Of a stretch of DNA of 6,596 nucleotides, positions 1 through 6,031 are shown in pieces (within the stretch, counting starts at the first letter, position 1; each line of letters opens with the position of its first letter). The notes under the pieces were generated by a model. That model saw nothing but the letters and a program-made list of their open reading frames with translations. It made no database searches and was not told the origin of the DNA. The translations under genes and the position numbers were made by a program. The DNA is from an uncultured archaeon (lineage in GTDB: Archaea > Asgardarchaeota > Thorarchaeia > Thorarchaeales > Thorarchaeaceae), in the NCBI GenBank assembly GCA_964354495.1, contig CAYHAA010000040.1, positions 1 to 6,596 on the forward strand, given 5' to 3'.

Positions 1-249
1 TTCTGCAATAGGACTGCAGAGATTCGATTCCTGTATCAGAATGGCACCTGGATATCTACCCAGAGTGTTCTGGTTGCATCAATTCAGGCAATGCATGCAG
101 GATTCAACTACAACGCAGAACACGCAACGACTGTGATAGAGATTAATGCAGAAGGTCCGTTTGTCGTCCGTATAGTCTACACGTATCCTGTCGAGATGCA
201 GATGAGCCTCTTTGAGAGAGCTCTCTATTCATTCATTCTGGTGCGGTAG
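1..249 (+). CDS. 3' end of a hypothetical protein (5'-truncated by window edge, 82 aa visible)
   Basis: Frame 1 is open from base 1 to TAG at 247-249: FCNRTAEIRFLYQNGTWISTQSVLVASIQAMHAGFNYNAEHATTVIEINAEGPFVVRIVYTYPVEMQMSLFERALYSFILVR*. It is absent from the ORF track because the start lies outside the window. It converges on msrA. No family recognised. Confidence 0.6.
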   Translation, partial: FCNRTAEIRFLYQNGTWISTQSVLVASIQAMHAGFNYNAEHATTVIEINAEGPFVVRIVYTYPVEMQMSLFERALYSFILVR

Positions 250-256
250 CTGTGTT

Positions 257-300
257 GTTTCAAGCAGAAGCAGTAATCCTAGAAAGCAGACTCTTGAAAC
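257..300. repeat. 8-bp inverted repeat between convergent genes (possible terminator-associated structure)
   Basis: GTTTCAAG (257-264) and CTTGAAAC (293-300), separated by 28 nt that carry three AAGCAG copies (the first overlapping the left arm). Confidence 0.4.
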
Positions 301-312
301 TCGTTGTGGGCA

Positions 313-843
313 CTACCTCTCAATCTTCAACTTGAAGATTTTGTCGAACTTCTGCACTTTTGGTGCAATGACGGACCTGCAGTATCCCTGATTGGGATTG
401 TTTCTGAAGTAATTCCAGTGATAGCTCTCAGCAGGGTAGAATCTGCTGAAGGCAGTGATTTCTGTCACAATGGGGGCCTTGAATGTCTTGCTAGTCTCAA
501 GATTACGCTTTGCTCGCTCAGCAATTTCCCTCTGCTCTTCACTGTGATAGAAGATGACTGATCGATATTGAGTACCAACATCATTGCCCTGGCGGTTTAG
601 TGTTGTGGGGTCGTGGGTCTTGAAAAACACCTCTAGGAGTTCCTCAAAGGATATCTTGTCAGGATCGAACTCAATCTGACAGACCTCTGCATGACCAGTT
701 CTTCCTGTTGAAACCTGTTCGTAGGACGGATTCTCCATGTGACCACCTGAATAACCTGACACGACATTGGTCACGCCTTTCAGCTGTTGGAATACAGCCT
801 CAGTACACCAGAAGCAGCCGGTTCCAAATGTAGTAAATGCCAT
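313..843 (-). CDS. msrA: Peptide methionine sulfoxide reductase MsrA
   Basis: Catalytic GCFWC motif (GTGCFWCTEA), PSYEQV, TGHAEV, HDPTTLNRQGNDVGTQYRS, AESYH and a C-terminal GYC recycling Cys. All are hallmark MsrA motifs. Confidence 0.97.
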   Translation of the reverse strand: MAFTTFGTGCFWCTEAVFQQLKGVTNVVSGYSGGHMENPSYEQVSTGRTGHAEVCQIEFDPDKISFEELLEVFFKTHDPTTLNRQGNDVGTQYRSVIFYHSEEQREIAERAKRNLETSKTFKAPIVTEITAFSRFYPAESYHWNYFRNNPNQGYCRSVIAPKVQKFDKIFKLKIER

Positions 844-862
844 GCAATTTCTGTTCCGAAAA

Positions 863-878
863 CACTAATCAATTAGTG
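863..878. promoter_or_regulatory. Palindromic candidate operator upstream of msrA
   Basis: CACTAAT-CA-ATTAGTG is a perfect 7-bp inverted repeat, 20-35 nt upstream of the msrA ATG. Confidence 0.45.
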
Positions 879-1012
879 GAAAGAGGAAATGAGGAGGCAC
901 GGACCATCTTGGCCCTGATCGTTTCTTGAGTCATTAGGAGATCTGCATAAGAAACAGCAGCTCGAAAGCAGTATGTCCGCAAGCAGATACATAACCCCTC
1001 TACCAGGCTGCA

Positions 1013-1540
1013 TTATTCGAATGGATTGGTTTGAGTTTCTGTTTTTGTAGGAGAGGAGAGAGAGCGATAGAAACGGATTACATACAACACAAATCCTAGA
1101 AGTCCAGATACAACGCAGAAATCGTAGATCGAGTTACTCGAGACTAGATTCAGGAAAGGACTTCCCAGTAGTGGATAGAACGGATTCATTTCAGCATAGA
1201 GGAAGGAGTCAAGAAACACATGAGAATAGGTGCCTATCAGGCTGGCCGACAGAATATGACGAAACGATGATTGTTGATGCAGACGAAGAAGAGATGCCAT
1301 CTTGCTCAAATATCCTCGCAGTGGCCAAATGCAGATTGTCAATAGTAGACCGGCAATAGTCGCACCAAGGTATGTATGAAAGAACCCGTGAAGGGGAAGT
1401 GGCAAGCCCAGAATGATTATGGTCAATGGTTCAAAATCCAGAATAACGCTAGCAATCATGACCACTGTAAAGTCAATGAGGGGAAAGAAGACAATGCCTA
1501 GAAAGAACCCAAATCCAAAATGATATGGAGTGAACGGCAT
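1013..1540 (-). CDS. Membrane-bound metal-dependent hydrolase, YdjM/DUF457-like
   Basis: 175 aa with several hydrophobic helices. N-terminal MPFTPYH, LDFEP, LHGFFHT and SHVFLDS match the H...D...HxxxH[TS]...HxxLD pattern of YdjM-type putative hydrolases. Confidence 0.7.
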   Translation of the reverse strand: MPFTPYHFGFGFFLGIVFFPLIDFTVVMIASVILDFEPLTIIILGLPLPLHGFFHTYLGATIAGLLLTICIWPLRGYLSKMASLLRLHQQSSFRHILSASLIGTYSHVFLDSFLYAEMNPFYPLLGSPFLNLVSSNSIYDFCVVSGLLGFVLYVIRFYRSLSSPTKTETQTNPFE

Positions 1541-1771
1541 TGTCTAGTCAAGGTGTGGCAAAGTAGGAGATTGTAATAAGCTGGTTGATTCAATAAGGAT
1601 TGCACCAGTAATATGCCATCTGGGAGTTGTTTTCATCATTGTGGGAATAATGGCACAGTGGTTTGTCGCCTGCCATCAAGTTTCGTGGATGTCCCCTTCA
1701 GTGTTGCAGTGAGCATAGCAACTAGATTGCTAGTGGTCTGCTATTTCGAGGGAACTGTTCGAACGAGAGTC

Positions 1772-1861
1772 GTGAGGAGATGATGAAGAAGCTCGTTGTG
1801 AACTCAGCTCTGATCCGTAGCATGACAGGATTCTCAAGAGGATAGCAGAAACTGACTTCGC
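1772..1861 (+). ncRNA. Candidate box C/D 2'-O-methylation guide sRNA
   Basis: Box C ATGATGA 1780-1786, box D' CTGA 1810-1813, degenerate C' ATGACAG 1822-1828, box D CTGA 1852-1855. Both inter-box spacers are 23 nt. A terminal stem GTGAGG (1772-1777) / CTTCGC (1856-1861) forms with two G-U pairs. The guides are complementary to conserved 23S PTC sequences (recalled, not searched). Confidence 0.45.
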
Positions 1862-1891
1862 ATTCTGTTCGCCACATCACAATCGCATCAG

Positions 1892-1899
1892 ATAAATAT
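1892..1899 (+). promoter_or_regulatory. Putative TATA box of the hydrogenase operon
   Basis: ATAAATAT is the most TATA-like element upstream of hydB and would place the transcription start near 1920-1925. No clear purine-rich BRE precedes it. Confidence 0.4.
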
Positions 1900-1922
1900 G
1901 GGCGCTAAGGGAAAGAGTCTTA

Positions 1923-1972
1923 ACACAGTGACACGGGCAACGGACCATTACACAGGTCTACACTGGGCAAGG
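1923..1972 (+). repeat. Imperfect direct repeat in the hydB leader
   Basis: ACACAG-TG-ACAC-GGGCAA (1923-1940) and ACACAG-GTCT-ACACTGGGCAA (1950-1970). Confidence 0.5.
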
Positions 1973-1980
1973 TGCAACAT

Positions 1981-3012
1981 ATGCGCATAATGAAGATGCA
2001 GTCAAAATTCCTTGAGGTGTTCCTCGAGAGCCTTGGAAAGTTCGGTTCTCTCTATGGGCCGGTAAGAAGAGACGGAGTACTCAGGTATGAGAGAGTAGAG
2101 AGGGTTTCAGACATGGAACTCTCCGATTACCTCCCTATTATTCCGATAAAGAAACTGTTCCATCCCATGAAGTTCACAATGCTTCAATTTGATCAGAGCG
2201 GCTTTACTCCCGACTACTCAGCCATCGAGAGAAGAGTCGTCATCGGAGTCCATCCATGCGAGATTCACGGGTTGCTCAGGCTCGATGAGATATTCATGAA
2301 GAATCCAGCAGATCCTTATTACACCGAGCTCAGGAAGAACTCTTCTATCATCGGCTTCTCATGCATGCCAATTAAGACCTCTCTGTGTAGGGCTGCCGAC
2401 ACGGATATGGTTGAGGAGGGCTTTGACCTATTCTTTGTCAACTTGAGAGAGTTCTACCTCGTCTGGGTGGGCTCAAGCCGAGGCTATGACATGATACATG
2501 AGCGGGAGGAGTTTTTTGAAGAGAATGTAAGCCATGAGGATATTGACAAGTATGTCAAGTGGCGTGAGAAGCGTAATAGTATATTCGAACTGAAACTCGA
2601 TTTTAACAACATGCCAGATCTCATGGAATTGAACTACAACAGCGATATTTGGAAATACTTTGCGGACAAATGCCTATCGTGCGGGCAATGCACGATGGTA
2701 TGCCCAACATGCAATTGTTATACTGTCACCGATGTGTTTGATGTCACCAACGAAGTAAAAGGTAAACGAAATAGAATGTGGGACAGCTGCATGTTTGTGG
2801 ACTACAGTCTGGTCGCTGGGGGGCATAACTTCCGTGGAGCTCGACTGGACCGATTGAAACTATGGTATACTCACAAGCTCAAATCGTTTGGAAATGAGTA
2901 CGGCCGTCCAGGCTGTGTTGGCTGTGGGCGGTGCATAGAAACGTGCCCAGTTGATATAAATGTCCTTACTATAGCGAACGCTCTGACGACAGGGGAGGTG
3001 CCGAAGCAATGA
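1981..3012 (+). CDS. hydB: Group 3b [NiFe]-hydrogenase (sulfhydrogenase) beta subunit, Fe-S protein of the AsrA/HydB family
   Basis: CLSCGQCTMVCPTCNC and CVGCGRCIETCP ferredoxin motifs, GVHPCE, RMWDSC, VAGGHNFR. ATG 1981 (MRIMKM...) aligns with the MRYVKL start of Pyrococcus SHI beta as recalled. The ORF track uses upstream GTG 1972. Confidence 0.93.
   Translation: MRIMKMQSKFLEVFLESLGKFGSLYGPVRRDGVLRYERVERVSDMELSDYLPIIPIKKLFHPMKFTMLQFDQSGFTPDYSAIERRVVIGVHPCEIHGLLRLDEIFMKNPADPYYTELRKNSSIIGFSCMPIKTSLCRAADTDMVEEGFDLFFVNLREFYLVWVGSSRGYDMIHEREEFFEENVSHEDIDKYVKWREKRNSIFELKLDFNNMPDLMELNYNSDIWKYFADKCLSCGQCTMVCPTCNCYTVTDVFDVTNEVKGKRNRMWDSCMFVDYSLVAGGHNFRGARLDRLKLWYTHKLKSFGNEYGRPGCVGCGRCIETCPVDINVLTIANALTTGEVPKQ
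2994..3000 (+). promoter_or_regulatory. Shine-Dalgarno site for hydG
   Basis: GGAGGTG lies 8 nt upstream of ATG 3009. The hydB stop and hydG start overlap as ATGA (3009-3012). Confidence 0.8.
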
Positions 3013-3863
3013 TCGTTTCTGAACCGCATCAAAATCCATTCTTACCTGAACCAGTAAGAATCGTGCATCAGCATGACCTGATTAAGGACCATAGGTTCTT
3101 CCAGATTAGGCACATAGACATGCAGAGAGCCATGTCTTTTCAGTACATGCCAGGACAGTTCGTCATGCTATCAGTGCCGGGTGTTGGCGAAGCACCATTC
3201 TGTATCTCATCAACACCAAGCCGTCCAGGCATTCTTGAACTAGGCATACGCAGAGTGGGCAAAGTCACTGAAGCACTGTATCAGAAGGTAGACAACGACG
3301 TAATCTTCATGAGAGGACCTTATGGGAATTGCTTCAAGATAGATCAGATGAGACATAAGGATATAGTCATGGTGGCAGGCGGACTAGGTGTAATGCCACT
3401 CCGCTCAATCCTATACTACGTGCTGGACAATCGGGATGACTTCAACCGCTTCTTCTTCTTGTATGGCACAAGGTCACCTGACATGATGCTGTTCAAAGAG
3501 GAGTTCCTGCAGCTGGCAAAGAGGCATGACATCGAGTGCTTATATGCAGTTGAGAAGGTCGGTGATGCAAAGGACTGGATCCATCACACCGGAATGGTCA
3601 CCTCACTATTCAAGAACCTGCCAGAACTTGAGCCACTCAACACGAATGCTGTCATCTGTGGACCACCAGTGATGTACAAGTTCGTGATTCAAGAACTGCT
3701 GAAGCTCAAGATACCAAAGAACCAGATCCAGATGACTCTAGAACGGCGCATGAAGTGTGGGATTGGAAAATGTGGGCACTGCGTACTTGAAAACCTGTAC
3801 ACTTGCGTCGATGGACCTGTGTTCACGTACTGGGACACATTGCACTTCAGGGAGTTGATCTAA
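3009..3863 (+). CDS. hydG: Group 3b [NiFe]-hydrogenase gamma subunit (FAD/NAD(P)-binding, [2Fe-2S]; PyrK/AsrB-like)
   Basis: PGQFVML, RGPYGN, AGGLGVMPLRS, ICGPPVM and the C-terminal ERRMKCGIGKCGHC...CVDGPVF [2Fe-2S] motif. Confidence 0.95.
   Translation: MIVSEPHQNPFLPEPVRIVHQHDLIKDHRFFQIRHIDMQRAMSFQYMPGQFVMLSVPGVGEAPFCISSTPSRPGILELGIRRVGKVTEALYQKVDNDVIFMRGPYGNCFKIDQMRHKDIVMVAGGLGVMPLRSILYYVLDNRDDFNRFFFLYGTRSPDMMLFKEEFLQLAKRHDIECLYAVEKVGDAKDWIHHTGMVTSLFKNLPELEPLNTNAVICGPPVMYKFVIQELLKLKIPKNQIQMTLERRMKCGIGKCGHCVLENLYTCVDGPVFTYWDTLHFRELI
3851..3859 (+). promoter_or_regulatory. Shine-Dalgarno site for hydD
   Basis: GGAGTTGAT (one mismatch to GGAGGTGAT) lies 5 nt upstream of ATG 3865. The hydG stop is at 3861-3863. 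Confidence 0.65.
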
Positions 3864-3864
3864 G

Positions 3865-4650
3865 ATGAGCTGGAAACAGAAGACTCTCGTTGGCCCGAAG
3901 CCAAAAGTGGGAGTATACGGATTCACAGGATGTGCAGGAGACCAGCTCTTGCTCATACACACCGAAGACGAGCTCCTGAACCTCTTCGGAGCAGTGAACA
4001 TGCAGTCATTTGTGATGGCATCAAGTAATCCAATTGAGGAAACGCTCGATGTTGCCTTCGTGGAGGGAAGTATAAGCACGGAGGAGGAGAAGAAACACCT
4101 TCTAGATATCAGAAAGCGGGCAAAGATCCTTGTTGCAATAGGCAACTGCGCTGTCAGTGGCGGACCTCAGGCAATGTATACGGGAGATGCTAAGTACGAG
4201 AAACGTCTTGAGCAGGTCTATGGAAACGTGGAGTTTCTCACTGAGCCACTCGAAGCAAAGCCTCTTGATGCATATGTGACTGTGGATTACTACCTGCCCG
4301 GTTGTTCAATAGATGCTAAGCAGGCATTTCCACTCATTTCAAGACTGATTCACGGTGCAATCCCTGAGCCATACCCTCACCCTGTATGCCATGAGTGCAA
4401 GCTTAACGAAAATCGATGCCTACTGTTGGACAAGAGATTCTGCTTAGGCCCCCTGACTTTGGGCGGATGCGGTTCAGCATGTCCAAACCACAACCTTCCG
4501 TGTGTGGGCTGTTGGGGTCCAAGTGATGATGCTAACTTCAGCGAACATGTGAAGCTCTTGGAGAGCTTTGGGATGACAAAGAAAGATATCATTCGACGTA
4601 TCCGCAACTACGGAGGACACAAGATTCTCAAATACATCGAGAAAATCTGA
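3865..4650 (+). CDS. hydD: Group 3b [NiFe]-hydrogenase delta (small) subunit
   Basis: DVAFVEGSISTEEE, AIGNCAVSGG, VDYYLPGC, PVCHEC...C...CLGP and GGCGSACP...CVGC closely follow SHI delta. The proximal motif reads CAGD rather than CxxC. Confidence 0.95.
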   Translation: MSWKQKTLVGPKPKVGVYGFTGCAGDQLLLIHTEDELLNLFGAVNMQSFVMASSNPIEETLDVAFVEGSISTEEEKKHLLDIRKRAKILVAIGNCAVSGGPQAMYTGDAKYEKRLEQVYGNVEFLTEPLEAKPLDAYVTVDYYLPGCSIDAKQAFPLISRLIHGAIPEPYPHPVCHECKLNENRCLLLDKRFCLGPLTLGGCGSACPNHNLPCVGCWGPSDDANFSEHVKLLESFGMTKKDIIRRIRNYGGHKILKYIEKI

Positions 4651-4667
4651 TAATGGAGGAAGAAGAG

Positions 4668-5960
4668 ATGCCAGGTAAACAAGATATTTCGATTGAACCT
4701 CTAGCTAGAGTTGAGGGTCACGGAGGAATCAAGGTAGAGATACAGGACAATAAGATCAGTAATGTTCAGGTCCGGATACTTGAGGGCCCTAGACTCTTTG
4801 AAACTCTAGTTGTTGGCAAGACTCCAGAGGAGGATTTGAGCATCGTTCCCAGGATCTGCGCTATCTGCAACCTCTCACACAAGTATGCGGCACTTAGAGG
4901 CCTCGAGAAGGCATTGGGTGTCAAGGTACATCAGACGACACAGGAGTATCGACATCTGATGCACCATGGAGAAATGCTTGAGAGTCACAGCTTGCACATT
5001 TACTTTCTCGTGCTTCCTGATTACCTAGGATACGACAATGCTGTTGCCATGGCAGCCAAGCATGGTGAAACTGTTATGAAAGCTCTGAAGCTGAAGAAGT
5101 TCGGGAACAAGATCATGCGTTTGATGGGAGGCAGAATGATCCATGGCGAGAATCCGATTTTAGGCGGCTTTGGTAGGCTGCCCAGTAAGGAGGAACTCAT
5201 TAAGCTGAAGGAAGAGGCCTTAGAGTTACTGCCCTTCGCCACTGATACAATTGACCTACTTGCAACACTCAAGATCCCGGACCATATGGAGAGAGAAACC
5301 CAATTCCTCTGCTGCAAACCACTGCACGATGGATATGACTACTATGGTGATTCATTCCTCACATCCGATGGTAAAGAGCATCCCGCTGAAGACTACAAGA
5401 GTGTCATCAAGGAACACGTCGTTGGGCACAGCTTTGCAAAACGAAGCACCTATAATGGCAAACCTTTCACAGTAGGTGCCATCGCTAGAGTGCTTCTCTT
5501 GGGAGACCGTTTCAAGGGAGAAGCAAAGAAAGCATACGATAAGTTATACAACGAACGTTGGCATCGAAATCCTATATACAACAACTTCGCTCAGGCAATC
5601 GAGCAGGTTTTCTCACTGGAGGGTGTCATAGAGGTTGTCGATAGACTCCTAGCGAGTGAACCTCCAAAGATTGCGTTGCCAACCCAAGAAACTGGTGTAG
5701 GCACAGGTGCGGTGGAGGCACCCCGAGGAACACTAATCCATCACTACAAGATCAAGGAAGGAAAGACGACTGCAGCAGACTTCATAACACCCACAGCCAT
5801 GTTCTTGGATGATCTTGAAGAGTTCATACGTGCTGGAGGCCAGACAATGCTTGCAAGGAAACAGAAGGAGAACATCGAACTGGAGTTCGAGAAGATTGCT
5901 CGTTCCTATGATCCATGCATTAGCTGCAGTGCCCATCTTGTAGAAGTCGAATACAAGTAG
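4668..5960 (+). CDS. hydA: Group 3b [NiFe]-hydrogenase alpha (large, catalytic) subunit
   Basis: LARVEGHG, EGPRLFE, PRICAIC (Cys codons 4857 and 4866), ESHSLH, EAPRG, ITPT and DPCISCSAH followed by a 7-aa extension LVEVEYK. Start 4668 is preferred because GGAGG(A) at 4655-4660 is a well-spaced SD. The alternative start is ATG 4653. Confidence 0.96.
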   Translation: MPGKQDISIEPLARVEGHGGIKVEIQDNKISNVQVRILEGPRLFETLVVGKTPEEDLSIVPRICAICNLSHKYAALRGLEKALGVKVHQTTQEYRHLMHHGEMLESHSLHIYFLVLPDYLGYDNAVAMAAKHGETVMKALKLKKFGNKIMRLMGGRMIHGENPILGGFGRLPSKEELIKLKEEALELLPFATDTIDLLATLKIPDHMERETQFLCCKPLHDGYDYYGDSFLTSDGKEHPAEDYKSVIKEHVVGHSFAKRSTYNGKPFTVGAIARVLLLGDRFKGEAKKAYDKLYNERWHRNPIYNNFAQAIEQVFSLEGVIEVVDRLLASEPPKIALPTQETGVGTGAVEAPRGTLIHHYKIKEGKTTAADFITPTAMFLDDLEEFIRAGGQTMLARKQKENIELEFEKIARSYDPCISCSAHLVEVEYK

Positions 5961-6031
5961 TCATGACCTCATGTCACGACTATCCCAATCACTGAAACCT
6001 ATGATGAAGTGAAAGCGAGAGTGAAATCTGT

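Noticed and set aside
257-310. CRISPR repeat (GTTTCA...TTGAAAC ends)
   Set aside because: Single copy, 44 nt, no repeat-spacer periodicity, and no cas genes.
304-561. ORF 304-561 (+)
   Set aside because: Antisense shadow of msrA with a TTG start and no motif.
1171-1359. ORF 1171-1359 (+)
   Set aside because: Antisense to the hydrolase gene, short, and without motif.
1752-1764. tRNA T-loop-like GTTCGAA
   Set aside because: No flanking 5-bp T stem, no acceptor or anticodon arms, and no cloverleaf.
1613-1783. 56-aa plus-strand ORF (MPSGSCFHHCG...) in the intergenic region
   Set aside because: No SD, no recognisable motif and atypical composition. It ends at the TGA of the candidate C box and is more likely chance.
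1795-1803. SurR-type site GTT-GTG-AAC (GTTn3AAC) upstream of the hydrogenase operon
   Set aside because: Single 6-bp-information match without the extended n5GTT half, about 90 bp from the putative TATA box. It is compatible with chance and lies inside the candidate sRNA guide.
1790-1860. Degenerate 23S rRNA fragment on the minus strand
   Set aside because: The two rRNA-like words (CTGCTATC and GAGCTGAGTTCA) occur in the opposite order to 23S rRNA and the intervening sequence is unrelated. This fits guide elements or chance, not an rRNA pseudogene.
5910-5936. Selenocysteine ([NiFeSe]) hydrogenase
   Set aside because: The DPCISC motif uses TGC at both Cys positions (5916, 5925). No in-frame TGA occurs in any subunit.
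3738-5936. ORFs 3738-4145(-), 4377-4607(-), 5021-5317(-), 5251-5475(+), 5733-5936(-)
   Set aside because: Antisense or alternate-frame shadows fully overlapping well-supported hydrogenase genes, with Ser-rich non-protein-like composition.
5970-5991. Resemblance of the reverse complement to the 16S 3' sequence TGAYTGGGGTGAAGTCGTAACA
   Set aside because: Requires gaps and mismatches, and resembles the bacterial rather than the archaeal version. It also shows how easily short rRNA matches arise by chance.
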